The notes: generated by a model not told the origin, from the sequence alone. Positions 48,745-59,805 are shown, counted from the stretch's first letter. The stretch is 64,000 nucleotides of DNA from an uncultured Verrucomicrobiae bacterium (GCA_963764165.1 CAVXRD010000001.1:1440001-1504000), one strand, 5' to 3'. Numbers and translations are program-made.

Positions 48745-50757
48745 TCAGTCGGCGTTCTGTCCTGCTGAATTTCCAGATCCGGTTGCCTCCGGCCGCGTCG
48801 AATGCTGCGCCAGCCAGTGGCCGACGTTTTTACGGAGAGTTTCGCGGTCATCGCCGGGCAGTCCATGCGGGTCAAAGCGGAGGCGGCGGTGCAGGTGGAA
48901 AATTTCGCGCAACGGTGGGGCGGTGGGAAAAGCGTTTTCCACGCGCTGTTGCCATGAAGCAAGCGATTCATGGGGTTGGCGGGAGAGGTGGATGGGGGCC
49001 AGGCGCTCGTCAATGAGATAGACTTCTGAATCCAAGCCTGGCCAGATGGGTTCGCTGGTTCCGGTGGCCTGGTCGTCGGCGTTTTTCTGGCGGCGGCGGG
49101 TGGAGAGTATGCGCCATACCAGATAGAGAATCAGCGGCGCCAAGGCCCATTGGGCGTAGAGCGAAACGGAGGTTTTGCCCCAGCGCCATTTCGAGAATTG
49201 GAAATAGAGGTTCGACATGAAGTCGGTGGTCGATTGCACCCAGGAGGTTTGCGAATCCGCCTCTTCCGACCAGCCGGGCGGGGTGTTGTCGATTTGCTCC
49301 CATGTTCCCGTGTCCCCATGGTAAACCAAGGCCCAGGCGTGGCTATGGCGCTCCCGCACGAGGTAGGTATCGCCGTGGCGCGCGGATTCAGGGACGATGT
49401 AGCCGGTGATGTAGCGGGCGTTGACGCCCGCTTGACGCAGCAGCAGCACGGTCGCGGTGGCAAAGTATTCGCAATGACCCGCATGGGTTTCCAGCAGGAA
49501 TCGGGCTAGAGGAGTATTGGTGCCGGCGAGGCCGCGGCTGTCGTAGCGCAATGTGTAACGGAAATGGTCCAGGAAAAATCGGCTGACGGCGCGGATTTTC
49601 TGGCGCTCCGACATCTTCTCCAATCCAAGTTGATCCGCCACGGTTTTTAACGCGGACTGCTCCTCTTTGGGGATCGTTTTGTCGATCTGGCCGGGCGGCG
49701 AATCGAAGGACGGCCCGGACCAGTAATCCACTTTGAAGTCCAGCAAGCCCGGCCCCGATTCGCTGTCCGCCACGCCGAGCCGATTTGTGCGCAGGACGCC
49801 CTCGAAATCCTCCAGTTCAAACGTGCCGTGCGGCAATGGCAGAAGCCCGACGCCTTCCGGGAAGTAGCCGGCGATCTCCACGCGCGACGAGTTTTTCTTC
49901 GGCGCCATGAGGAACGCCACCCCGTTGCTCATGTTGACAGGGCCGGGTTCGTTGGTGCCGGCGGTCCAGGTGGTCTTGCTGTAGCCATCGTAAGCGCCTT
50001 CACGCAGCAGCGAGGGTGGCACCTGGCCCGGCGGAACGCGCAACCGCAGCACGATGCGCCCGGAGGGCGAAGGCACCGGGCGGCCGATGTTGGTGTGGCG
50101 TTCGCGCGGGTCAGTGGAGGGGTGAAGCAAATCCGCCAGCCAGCTGCCAAGGGCGGTTTCCATCTTGTTTTGCATGTATCGCAATTGCTGATGGCTCAGG
50201 CGGCCCACCGTCAATACCACCACTGCCATCGTGATCCACGCCGCCCAGGAAACCCGGTTCGGTCGAACGCTGCCCAGCGCCAGCAAAATCAAAAGGGAAA
50301 TCCCGGCGTAGAAAAATTGATCGGCGCGCGTCGAGGCGCTGGCGCCAAGCAGGCAGATCGCGTAGTAGCCATAGGAGACGTGAATGTTAATTCGCGCCGT
50401 GGGCGAATTCGGCATGCGCCGCAGCAGCCATGAGAAGGCGCTCAGAGGAATGCGATCGCGGTTGCCATAACATTGCGCCACCGCGACCGGGAAAAAACAA
50501 AACGGCACCCACTGCGCGAAATGAAAAATGAAGACCATTCGATCATCCGTGGAAAAAAGCAAAATTCCCGCGCCGACAAAAAGAGCCAGGCACAAATCGC
50601 AAATCCGGTTCAAATCCGTATCGTCGAGTTCCCAGCGGGCGTGGATGAATTGGGAGCCTTCGAGCACCAGCGCCATGAGCAGCGCGTATGGCAGCAAACC
50701 CGTCTCCCATCCCCAGAAGAGGAGGGCGATCCCGGTCATGCCTCTGGGCGTTCTCAT
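48745..50757 (-). CDS. Membrane transglutaminase-like protein (TgpA type)
   Basis: N-terminal TM bundle; catalytic triad motifs GHCEYFATA, HAW and ID.TP. Confidence 0.88.
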   Translation of the reverse strand: MRTPRGMTGIALLFWGWETGLLPYALLMALVLEGSQFIHARWELDDTDLNRICDLCLALFVGAGILLFSTDDRMVFIFHFAQWVPFCFFPVAVAQCYGNRDRIPLSAFSWLLRRMPNSPTARINIHVSYGYYAICLLGASASTRADQFFYAGISLLILLALGSVRPNRVSWAAWITMAVVVLTVGRLSHQQLRYMQNKMETALGSWLADLLHPSTDPRERHTNIGRPVPSPSGRIVLRLRVPPGQVPPSLLREGAYDGYSKTTWTAGTNEPGPVNMSNGVAFLMAPKKNSSRVEIAGYFPEGVGLLPLPHGTFELEDFEGVLRTNRLGVADSESGPGLLDFKVDYWSGPSFDSPPGQIDKTIPKEEQSALKTVADQLGLEKMSERQKIRAVSRFFLDHFRYTLRYDSRGLAGTNTPLARFLLETHAGHCEYFATATVLLLRQAGVNARYITGYIVPESARHGDTYLVRERHSHAWALVYHGDTGTWEQIDNTPPGWSEEADSQTSWVQSTTDFMSNLYFQFSKWRWGKTSVSLYAQWALAPLILYLVWRILSTRRRQKNADDQATGTSEPIWPGLDSEVYLIDERLAPIHLSRQPHESLASWQQRVENAFPTAPPLREIFHLHRRLRFDPHGLPGDDRETLRKNVGHWLAQHSTRPEATGSGNSAGQNAD

Positions 50758-52184
50758 AAGGCGGCAAGCTTGGCGGCGATTTGATCCAGCGGCAGCGCGT
50801 GAAAATTTTCCGGTTGCACATCCATCACTCCGAGCGGGGGGCGTTCGTCGCCATTGGTGATGACCAGGACACGAATCGGCACCCGGCGCGACAACAGCCC
50901 GGAGACCAATTTCTGGCGCGCATCATCCCATTGCAGGAACACGCACACGCAGCCGCTCAACTCGGCGGCATGCGTCAAGACTAATTGTTCCAAAGTCACA
51001 AACTTCTTGTCACGGCACATCTGCACCGAGGCCAGGATCTCCATCATCTGCTCGATGTGCCCGACGCCGCGTCCGCTCGTGAAACAATATGCTTCCGATC
51101 CGATAAACATCAAATCGAGCAGCGAATCCTGATCGCGAATGGTATAAGCCAGCGAGGCGGCCACGGAAACGGCCTCCTCGAAGGCCGCCTCGAGAATGGA
51201 GCCGCCAAACGTGTCCAGCACCAGGGAGTGGCGGACGAAAAATTCCTCCTGATATTCCTTCACGATGGGTTTGCCCAGCTTGGCAAAACTCTTCCAATGC
51301 ATCCGCCGCAGCGGATCGCCGGGGCGGTATTCCCGCAGCGAAACAAATTCCTCCGACTCTCCCACGGACGAAGCGAGCGAGACGCCGCCAATTTGATATT
51401 TCATCGCGCCCGGCAATTCAAAGAGCGGCATATCGTGGCGTTTGGGCAAAATGAGAATGTTCTCGGGCAGCGGATTTTTGCGCAGCGCGCGAAAAATTCC
51501 GAACGGATCCGGACACGCCACCGTCATGCCGCTCAAGCGCAGAACGCCGCGGCGCAGAGGCGTCAACTCCGCCATGACGGTGCTCTCGCCGTTGGGCGGA
51601 AGCGTCGGGACGTCCAGTTCCGGGACGCGGGCGCGGGTGTTGCGGCGCATGAGCCAGCGCCAGCGGTAAAAGCCGTAAGTGCGGTCCCACCAATTTCGCT
51701 TTTCCTCTCCCGGCTCCGGGGTGTTGACAAATTCCTCAAGCGTCGGCCGGGGATCGGGCAATTCCTCGATCAATTTCAGAGCGCTTTGGGCTTTCTTGCC
51801 GAGATTCTGAACGACGATGCGGTAGCGCAAGACGTCTCCCACCGACCCGAATTTTGGCAGGATGCGCTTCAAGGAGAGCCGCGGCCGGCCCAGCGGAGTG
51901 CATAACGCGCTCGCCAGCACGATGCAGCCAAGGATGGCGAAAGTCTGATAACTCGACGACGCCGCCGTGTCCGCCCCAAGCGCTGCCGCCGCAATCGTTC
52001 CCCCGAGAACGACCCATCCCGTCAGCGTCAAACGCCGGCGGAACCGGTGCATGATGGACGCGAGGGTGTAAAAATTGCGATAGAGATACCGTTTGAACGC
52101 GGTCTCGCGATCCAGGTGGTAACCCGAGGCTGGCGCATGCAACAGGTTCCGCCAGTTCGAAAAAGAGAATCGCGCGGCGGCCAT
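50754..52184 (-). CDS. DUF58 protein
   Basis: DPFGIF, EFVSLREYRPGDPLRRMHWK, FEEAVSVAASL. Confidence 0.9.
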   Translation of the reverse strand: MAAARFSFSNWRNLLHAPASGYHLDRETAFKRYLYRNFYTLASIMHRFRRRLTLTGWVVLGGTIAAAALGADTAASSSYQTFAILGCIVLASALCTPLGRPRLSLKRILPKFGSVGDVLRYRIVVQNLGKKAQSALKLIEELPDPRPTLEEFVNTPEPGEEKRNWWDRTYGFYRWRWLMRRNTRARVPELDVPTLPPNGESTVMAELTPLRRGVLRLSGMTVACPDPFGIFRALRKNPLPENILILPKRHDMPLFELPGAMKYQIGGVSLASSVGESEEFVSLREYRPGDPLRRMHWKSFAKLGKPIVKEYQEEFFVRHSLVLDTFGGSILEAAFEEAVSVAASLAYTIRDQDSLLDLMFIGSEAYCFTSGRGVGHIEQMMEILASVQMCRDKKFVTLEQLVLTHAAELSGCVCVFLQWDDARQKLVSGLLSRRVPIRVLVITNGDERPPLGVMDVQPENFHALPLDQIAAKLAAL

Positions 52185-52199
52185 ATCACTTCGCCTTCG

Positions 52200-53282
52200 T
52201 CAGGCCGGGACGGGCACTTTTTTTACGATGTCGTCGACAACCTGACGGGCGGACAAGCCGGAGAATTTCGCCTGCGGATCCAGCACCAGCCGGTGGGCGA
52301 TCACAGGCGTGGCCACTTCGTGAATGTGCTCCGGGCTGACAAAATCGCTTCCGTCAAACAGCGCGAGAGCCTGGGCGGTCTTCATCAGGGCGATCGAGGC
52401 CCGCGGGCTGGCGCCAAGCTGAATGCCCGGAGCCGTGCGTGTCGCCGTGACCAGCCGCACGACATAATGCTTCAATTCTTCGCTGACGCGGACGCATTGG
52501 ACGCCTTCGCGCAAACGCAAAATGTCACTGAGATTCACACACGGCGCCAGGTGATCGACCGGATGGCGGTCGTTTTGCGCCGTTAGAACGGCCACCTCGT
52601 CCGCCGGGCTGATGTAGCCAAGATCAAAGTGCATCGCGAAACGGTCCATCTGCGCTTCCGGCAGCGGATACGTGCCGCGAAATTCGATGGGATTCTGGGT
52701 CGCCACCACAAAAAACAACGGCCCGAGCGTGCGGCGCTGCCCTTCAATGCTCACCTGATGCTCCGCCATCGCTTCCAAAAGGGCGGATTGCGTGCGGGGC
52801 GACGCGCGGTTGATTTCGTCGGCCAGCAGAATGTCCGCAAAGACGGGCCCTTCGTGGAAGGAGAACGATTGATCACGCTGGTTGAAAACAGACACGCCCA
52901 GAATATCCGAAGGCAGCAGGTCCGGGGTGAATTGAATGCGCTTGAAATTGGCGTCGACCGACTTGGCGAGCGCTTTGGCAAGAGTGGTCTTTCCTGTGCC
53001 CGGATAATCCTCCAGCAGCACATGTCCGCCGCTGGCCAGGGCCGCCAGCAACCGGCGAATGGCCCGCGCTTGCCCACGCATGACCGATTCGATATTGGCC
53101 GTGATTTTCTGATAGATGGCGCGTGGGGGCAATGGGACAGGCTGCGGCGTGGGATTGGCAATGGACGGGGAGCGGCGAGACAGCCCGCCGGGGCTGGTTT
53201 CATCTAACAAACCGGCTTTTTCCTGAACAGACTTTTCCACAAATTGGGCGGCTGGTTTCACCATGTTCGACGCCACTTTCAC
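52200..53282 (-). CDS. MoxR-family AAA+ ATPase
   Basis: LLEDYPGTGKTT, RIQFTPDLLPSD, DEINRASPRTQSALLEAM, ATQNP, PLPEAQMDRF; start uncertain. Confidence 0.94.
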   Translation of the reverse strand: MKVASNMVKPAAQFVEKSVQEKAGLLDETSPGGLSRRSPSIANPTPQPVPLPPRAIYQKITANIESVMRGQARAIRRLLAALASGGHVLLEDYPGTGKTTLAKALAKSVDANFKRIQFTPDLLPSDILGVSVFNQRDQSFSFHEGPVFADILLADEINRASPRTQSALLEAMAEHQVSIEGQRRTLGPLFFVVATQNPIEFRGTYPLPEAQMDRFAMHFDLGYISPADEVAVLTAQNDRHPVDHLAPCVNLSDILRLREGVQCVRVSEELKHYVVRLVTATRTAPGIQLGASPRASIALMKTAQALALFDGSDFVSPEHIHEVATPVIAHRLVLDPQAKFSGLSARQVVDDIVKKVPVPA

Positions 53283-53382
53283 TGTGAGTTTCCCTCGAAA
53301 CGGACATCCTTTGCAAGTGTATTATTCGGCATTATTCGCCAGCGGGCGCATCTCGGTTTCTGGACAGGTTTCTCTGGTCTTC

Positions 53383-53545
53383 AGCTCCGTCAGGAGCGAA
53401 ATATTTGTAGATCAACCACATACAATAGAAAACGAGCTCCGTAGGAGCGGCACATTCCAAACGACCGCACAGGATGTATCTCCTCTACGAGGCTTTGAAT
53501 TCAGAGGCAACGACAACAACAACGATGTCGCGCCTCTGGCGCTGC
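53383..53545. repeat. Cluster of degenerate REP-like hairpins (gctcc..ggagcg family)
   Basis: agctccgtcaggagcg and gagctccgtaggagcgg, followed by decayed inverted copies. Confidence 0.55.
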
Positions 53546-53660
53546 CAAAAAGTGAGATGCGCCCTTCGCCAGCCGGCAGGGCAATGCCTGTCGAGCCCAT
53601 TTTGGATCGATAGGACTGCAAATGAACGTCCTCACGGAGGTTGCGAAATCAAATAGTGAT

Positions 53661-53758
53661 ATAATCTCCAAAAAGTGGTAACATCGGTTACATCGTTGAT
53701 TATCAGTCACTTAAATGGTAACAAAGGTAACACACCGGTAACAAATGGTAACATTTTC
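53661..53758 (+). repeat. Hexamer-array element B (5x GTAACA + 1x GTTACA, IHF-consensus core)
   Basis: Homologous to 26175-26275; contains TATCAGTCACTTA, which matches WATCARN4TTR. Confidence 0.75.
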
Positions 53759-53991
53759 GGCGTGCGGGCATTCGTCGGCTTTTTCAAAGAGAGGCTGCAT
53801 CAGACTTTCCACACCAAGGTAACAAAGATAACGATGAATTTTGTTTCACTCTTCGCACCCGGACGGGTGAGGGGCCGCATCCCGGCAGGGATGCCCGTTG
53901 TGTCCTGTGGTGTCGCCTCGCTCAACCACAGGCTATAAGCTGTGATGCCACCGGCATCCACCGCAGACGAATCTCGGCGCTCTAATTAATT

Positions 53992-56161
53992 CTAATGCAA
54001 TATGATCGTTCCGCCGTTAGTCTTTGTGACAAAGAAGCCTGCGGCGCTGGTTTGGTTTTGCAACGCCGCACCGTAACCGGTGATCGTCGCCTTTCCGCGC
54101 CCGTCTCCAAATGTCACTGTGAGCAGCCCCGTTTTGGGAGCAATAGATCCTTTCAGGATGTTGGTTGCCAAATCCGCCCGCAGTTCCTCCAGCGCATTGT
54201 TGTTGCTGACGGTGACGCTGAAGGCAAGGTTCGTGAGCAGCGGCCCGCCTGAAATATCCAAAGCTCCGCCCGTCAAAGTGAGGGCGGCCTGGTGCGAAGG
54301 CGGATTAGTCCAAGCCGAGCCCTCGACGGCGATATAATTGGTAAAGCCGGCCGGGTAGAGTCCTTTCTTGCTGCCGGGACGCACCCACGCCAATTCGCCC
54401 GCTGGCGCGCCGTTGCTGAGGTTGAGCCAGCCCAACAGCAGGCCGGCTTCACCCGTCAGATTGGCGAAAACGGGGACGTCGCCGCTGGCGGACTCCGGCA
54501 CGGATTGCGAGAAGGCGGTGCCATCGGCCAGTTTCCCGCTGATGGCCACATGGCCCGCGTGATTGGTGATGAGCGCGTAGCCAAAGCCGGGAGGGCCGGA
54601 GCCGGGTGGAACCAGAACCGTGAATTCGCCGGAAGACTTGGCCGTGCCGGATCGTTCGGCGTAAATCGCGTTTGTCCACGGCCCGCCATTCGTGCCCGCC
54701 ACAAAGCCAGTAATGACCGGGGGCGACTGGCCCCAATCCAGGTTCATCTCGACCATCAACGGCCCGCCCTTGGACACGGCCCGCGCGATGCGATTGCTCC
54801 AAAAACCGCCCACATCAAAACTGCCGCTCAGCGCGTAGGAAGTCCCACTGACATAGAGCCGCCCGCTCACCGCCCCTTCGCGTCCGACGACGACATTGCC
54901 GAGCAAACCGGATGTGCCGACCGCCACATCGTTGGTGGTAAAGAAAAGCCCGTTGTAAGCGCCCGCCGCATTCAGGAAATTGTTCGAGGCGAAATTAGCC
55001 GTCAAAGCCGCCTCGTTCGTCACGACAAAGGAATAATCCGCTCGCGTGCTTACGACCTGCCCGTTCTCGGTCCAATTGCTGAACAAGTAACCGGCGTGGG
55101 GTTTGGCAGTCACGCTCCGATGCTCAAAATCCGTGAAAATCCCATTACCGGTAACGGTTCCACAGCCTGCAGGATTGACGGTGGTGGTTATCCGAGACTG
55201 ATTTGGCGCGAAATTGGCCGTAACGGTGAGGCTATTGGACGAGTTTACGATCACGTAGTTATTTGTTCCGATTACTTTGCCATCCATCGTCCAGTTTTTA
55301 AAGTGGTAGGAATTGTTTGTCGCGGTTTCGACCAAGGTAGCCAAGACCCTTAGGCCAAATGCTCCGGCGCCGGTTACCTCCCCGGCGTTGGCTGGGTTCA
55401 CCTTTGCCGCTACGCTAGTCGGATGCGGCACCGGATTGCCATATAAAACCGAGACATAAGATACTGAGCTGGTTATACTGCCAAAGGAATTGCTCACGAT
55501 CACATAAGCCGCTCCTTCGGTGGGAAAATAGCAGGTTGTGTATCCTTGAACGGGTTTGCCATTTAGGAACCACTGGTAAGATAGATCGGTGCCCCAGACG
55601 TAAACAGTAAGCGCGGACAATCCTACGTCGTATGCGTAGGAGACCAGCCAATCGGCCGGAGCGGTAATCAACTCTGGCGCCCCCGCCGGGAGTATTTGGC
55701 CACGCACTTCCCCGGCCGGGTAGTCGGAGTTGACGATATTGACATAATACAGCCCGTTCTCCAAATTTGTTATCTCATCGGGCGTCAGCGTGACAACTTC
55801 GTACCAGGTACTCACCTCCAGAATCGCATGGAGGGAATGGAGACGACGCGTCGACCGTCCCAAAATCGAATATTAATGGGCCAGCATTGCCTGGAGTGGC
55901 AGGGCCGTATATTCCAGCAGAGGAATATATCCCCGGATAGTTTATCCAGATGGTTAGGTTACTGCCGCTTAGGCTAAACTCGGCATCGCCAATAGGCCCA
56001 AAAGAATTCGTTGCAATCTCGTTGGAGCCGCTTAATCCGGCGAAAAACTCGGTCGTGGCTTGTCCGTGCATGATCATGCACGACAACATGATAATGAACG
56101 CGACGCCAAATCCCCATGAACCTCCGAATACGGAATTCCGCAAATAATGTATCCTGATCAT
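53992..56161 (-). pseudogene. Secreted CHRD / Ig-like / InlB-B-repeat-like protein split by a frameshift
   Basis: Signal peptide and CHRD N-half (LSGSNE...IYGPA.PG.AGP.IF) are in ORF 55775-56161. The CHRD C-half (L.NG.YYVNI...YP.GEVRGQI) is in ORF 53992-55863. Confidence 0.72.
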
Positions 56162-56162
56162 T

Positions 56163-56345
56163 TCATGGTGCCCACACGGCGCGATAATAGCTTTGAATGT
56201 TGTTCGTGTTCGTCACGGATGAAGGGTCTACGTAAATATACGTGACCATGCCAGTATACACATTTACCCAGCTTGTGGGTGACGCAAGATTGGTGGTTGA
56301 TTGCACCAGGTAAGTGGAGTTGGTGATGCCGCTCACCGTAAACAT
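56163..56345 (-). pseudogene. Orphan C-terminal domain of a secreted protein
   Basis: FTVSG..N..Y.VQSTTNL....W.......YYRA; no signal peptide or catalytic domain in frame upstream. Confidence 0.5.
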
Positions 56346-56610
56346 GACTTGATTATTGGATATGGTGGGGGTGAAATACGTTGACTCAATTTGAAGCCCC
56401 GCAGCCGCCTTTACATTCAGGCGAAAAGAACAGATGGCGCAAAAGAGGCTATCGGTTGAGCGCCGTCAACGCAAGCTTTATTTGACCGACTGCAGGATGT
56501 GCGAGACAAAATTCGTCATTAAGCCTCCGCCTCTTTTCCTGCTTTCCTGATTTCCAGATTCAATCTTCTTCGTTTGTGTTCAACGCCGTTCGGGACCAGT
56601 ATGGCGATGC

Positions 56611-57666
56611 GTGACCAGCGACGATTCCACACTTAATCCAGAAACAGCCGCGCCCAAACACCAGCGGCGCGCGCGTTATGCCGGCAAATATCCGCGCCGC
56701 TTCGAGGAAAAATACAAGGAGCGCGACCCGGAGCGATACGCGGAGACAGTCGCAAAAGTCCTCGCCTCCGGCAAAACACCGGCGGGAATGCACCGGCCCA
56801 TTATGGTCACGGAGATTTTGGAAGCCCTCGCCCCGAAGGCGGGCGAAATCGCGGCGGATTGCACACTCGGTTTCGGCGGGCACGCGCAGGAGTTGCTGGC
56901 GCGCATTCTGCCGGGCGGGAAGTTAATTGGCCTGGATGCCGATCCCATCGAATTGCCGAAAACGGAAGCCCGGCTGCGCGCGCTTGGGTATGGGCCGGAT
57001 TGTTTGTCGACTTGTCGCAGCAATTTCGCAGGCCTTCCGCGGGCGCTTTTTTCATCGGGCGTTACGGAGGGCGCAGATATCGTTCTGGCGGATTTGGGAG
57101 TTTCGTCGATGCAACTGGATGATCCGAGCCGCGGATTTTCGGTAAAGCACGAAGGCCCGCTCGATATGCGGATGAATCCCCAACGCGGGCAATCAGCGGC
57201 GATGTTTTTAGAACGCGCGAAGGTGGATGCGTTGCAAAATCTGCTGCAGGAAAATGCCGACGAACCCCGCGCGGCATTGCTCGCAACCGCTCTGGCCGGA
57301 AAGAAAATCGCCACTACTTCGGCGCTCAGATTCGCGGTGCGGCAAGCACTCCCACCGATGGCGAGGACGGATGCGGATGACACGGTCCGACGTGTTTTTC
57401 AAGCGCTTCGCATCGCGGTGAACGACGAGTTCTCGGCGTTGGAAACTTTCTTGCGGCACGTGCCCTCGTGTCTGAAACCCGGCGGGCGCGTGGCCATATT
57501 GACATTTCATTCAGGCGAAGATCGGCGCGTGAAAAAGGCATTCGAGGCCGCGCGACGCGACGGATTTTTCCAAGATATTGCGGGGCCGTTTCGCCCGACA
57601 CCAGAGGAGCGCAGGGCTAATCCCAGGTCATCGTCGGCCAAGTTGCGGTGGGCGCGACGGTCTTGA
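56611..57666 (+). CDS. rsmH: 16S rRNA m4C1402 methyltransferase RsmH (N-terminally extended form)
   Basis: HRPIM, DCTLGFGGH, DLGVSSMQLD..RGFS, PLDMRM, FQALRIAVNDE, FHSGEDRRVK, NPRS.SAKLR. Confidence 0.9.
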   Translation: MTSDDSTLNPETAAPKHQRRARYAGKYPRRFEEKYKERDPERYAETVAKVLASGKTPAGMHRPIMVTEILEALAPKAGEIAADCTLGFGGHAQELLARILPGGKLIGLDADPIELPKTEARLRALGYGPDCLSTCRSNFAGLPRALFSSGVTEGADIVLADLGVSSMQLDDPSRGFSVKHEGPLDMRMNPQRGQSAAMFLERAKVDALQNLLQENADEPRAALLATALAGKKIATTSALRFAVRQALPPMARTDADDTVRRVFQALRIAVNDEFSALETFLRHVPSCLKPGGRVAILTFHSGEDRRVKKAFEAARRDGFFQDIAGPFRPTPEERRANPRSSSAKLRWARRS

Positions 57667-57832
57667 AACCGCGTCCTAGCAATTTCTTTAGCAAACGCAA
57701 CCCAGACAAGGGAATTTTGGTGCTGTTTTAATTTCAGCTCCGCGGGTGTGTGAAACTAACACAAATCGGTGTAAGGGATCTGAGCACCTTCCAGCAAGAA
57801 ACTGCGGACAATATTATGAAGAGGGATTTCTA

Positions 57833-58078
57833 TTACCGGCTTCTGCCTCGCCTATACAGGTGAAGTGGAAACGCTACTGCACCGATTGGCATGCCGATCA
57901 CGCCAGCATCCAGTACCATGTACATGTCGTTGTGCGAGCTTCCCATGCCAAAAAGCAATAAAATGCCCAAACAAACGTAATACCCGCCAATGAAGCCACC
58001 AAACGCCCCTGCTGGTATAGACAGGATAATCCAAAACCCCCGTGAAAATCCGTTTCGACTCACAATTTCTTTCTCCAA
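57833..58078 (-). CDS. Small membrane protein
   Basis: 81 aa with two Gly-rich hydrophobic helices; GGAG upstream region. Confidence 0.5.
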   Translation of the reverse strand: MEKEIVSRNGFSRGFWIILSIPAGAFGGFIGGYYVCLGILLLFGMGSSHNDMYMVLDAGVIGMPIGAVAFPLHLYRRGRSR

Positions 58079-58195
58079 TAATCGTCTCCGTTCACAACCT
58101 CACTTTATCCCGTTGACGAAACAGGTCATTTCCTTCCCTGACACACGTTTCACTCTGAGGTTGTATTTTTTCTCTTTCTTCGCCGCTATGGAAAA

Positions 58196-59023
58196 TCACG
58201 CCGACTTCAACTGCGATGGCGCTTGCGCCTGATGCTGGCTCAGTCCAACGCTGCAAGTTTGGCGGCGCTCTTTGATCGCGTCGGAAAGCAATTGGTCGTT
58301 GGCCGGAACTTTGGCGCGGCTCATCGGGGCGTGCCAGAGATGATAGCAAACGGCCCAGCCGCGCACGTCGCGGCGCAGGACGCCGCTGTTCATCAAGCGC
58401 ACGGCCAATTCGGAATCCTCCCGGCCCCAGCCCGTGAATTCTTCGTTGTAGCCGTTGACCTTCACCAGATGTTCGCGCCAGACGCCGAGGTTGCACCCGC
58501 GCACGCCGCGCAAATCGCGGCGCGTTCGGAATAGTGGCAGCGGCCAGCGGTAAAGATTCTTCCAGCCCTTCACATCGCCTTCAATGAGAGCGTCCCAGCG
58601 CTGCTTGAGAAATTCGGCGCCGCCGCGGCCGAAACTTCGCGCCGCGCTGTGGCCGATCAAGGCGCGGTGGCCCTGAGTGAACCTTCGCGGCTTGGCCAGC
58701 GCGCGGTGGTCTGCGACGAACTTTGGATGCGGCAGCGTGTCGCCATCGAGAAACACAATGTAATCCGCCGTGGTCTTTGCTATGGCCATGTTGAGAATGC
58801 GCGATCTTCGAAAATCCTGGTGCGCCTGCCAGACATGTTCGGAGCGAATGTTTTTCCGGCCTGGCCATCCTTTGAAGGCGGCCGCCGTTTGATGATCGGA
58901 GCCGTCGTCGGCCACAATGACCTCGGCGGGCAGGAGCGTTTGCGCGCCGACAGCGGCCAGCACGCGGCGGAGGTAGTCCGGCTGGTCGTAGGTGTTAATA
59001 ATGAGTGCGATAGACGTTTTCAC
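58196..59023 (-). CDS. GT2 glycosyltransferase
   Basis: EVIVADDGS, FLDGD, RGCNL, VNGYNEEFTGWGREDSEL. Confidence 0.9.
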   Translation of the reverse strand: MKTSIALIINTYDQPDYLRRVLAAVGAQTLLPAEVIVADDGSDHQTAAAFKGWPGRKNIRSEHVWQAHQDFRRSRILNMAIAKTTADYIVFLDGDTLPHPKFVADHRALAKPRRFTQGHRALIGHSAARSFGRGGAEFLKQRWDALIEGDVKGWKNLYRWPLPLFRTRRDLRGVRGCNLGVWREHLVKVNGYNEEFTGWGREDSELAVRLMNSGVLRRDVRGWAVCYHLWHAPMSRAKVPANDQLLSDAIKERRQTCSVGLSQHQAQAPSQLKSA

Positions 59024-59805
59024 TTTTTAACTGAGTTGCCCTCCGCTTCCAGCACCTTGACGTAACGCGTCAATGTCGAGAATGCCGTCAGCGAAGCGAT
59101 GTAAAATCCTGGCCAGCCATCCAGAAATCCGCGCCGCAAAAAATACGCGCGAACGAATCTCCACGCTGGGCGAATGGTCAAATCCGTGATTCCGGCGCTC
59201 ATTCCGTTTTCGCGCCGATGGCGGACGAAATCAGCGCTGTAGGAAGCGATCTTGGAAAGCTGCTGGTCGATGCTGTCGTTGCTGTAATGCAGCAATTCCG
59301 CCGACAGTGTTCCGATTGGGCCGGTGATTTGCAGGCTGGCGTGCGGCTCAACGCCAGACCATTGCGCCGAGTTCTTCCGCCACAGCCGCACAACGTAATC
59401 GGGATACCAATCGCCGTGGCGAATCCAGCGGCCGCAATAAAATGTGCAGCGCGGAAATCGAAGCGCGCATTCGGACGGTTCCTTTCCGCCGGAAAAAAGC
59501 GCCGCGATTTCCTGGCGAAGCTGCGGCGAGACCACTTCATCGGCGTCCAACCCGAGGATCCACGGGCAATTTGCCTTTGCCGCCACGGAATTTTTTTGCC
59601 CCACAAATCCACGCCACGGCTCGCGAAAAACCTTCGCCCCAAAAGACGACGCCACCGCCTCCGTGCCGTCGTTTACTTCCTGATTCAGGACGACGATTAT
59701 TTCGCTCGCCCAGCCGGCCACGCTTTCCAAAGCGCGGCCGATCCTGTGCGCCTCGGCGCCGGAAACCATGCAGATGGAGATGGGAAGTTTGGCGCCTGTG
59801 GTCAC
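59020..59805 (-). CDS. GT2 glycosyltransferase, WaaE/KdtX-like
   Basis: WRGFVGQKN, WILGLDADE, WYPD...RL, YFLRRGFLDG. Confidence 0.88.
   Translation of the reverse strand: MTTGAKLPISICMVSGAEAHRIGRALESVAGWASEIIVVLNQEVNDGTEAVASSFGAKVFREPWRGFVGQKNSVAAKANCPWILGLDADEVVSPQLRQEIAALFSGGKEPSECALRFPRCTFYCGRWIRHGDWYPDYVVRLWRKNSAQWSGVEPHASLQITGPIGTLSAELLHYSNDSIDQQLSKIASYSADFVRHRRENGMSAGITDLTIRPAWRFVRAYFLRRGFLDGWPGFYIASLTAFSTLTRYVKVLEAEGNSVKK

Noticed and set aside
48745..53282. MoxR-DUF58-transglutaminase as a novel system
   Set aside because: This is a widespread, already described gene triad.
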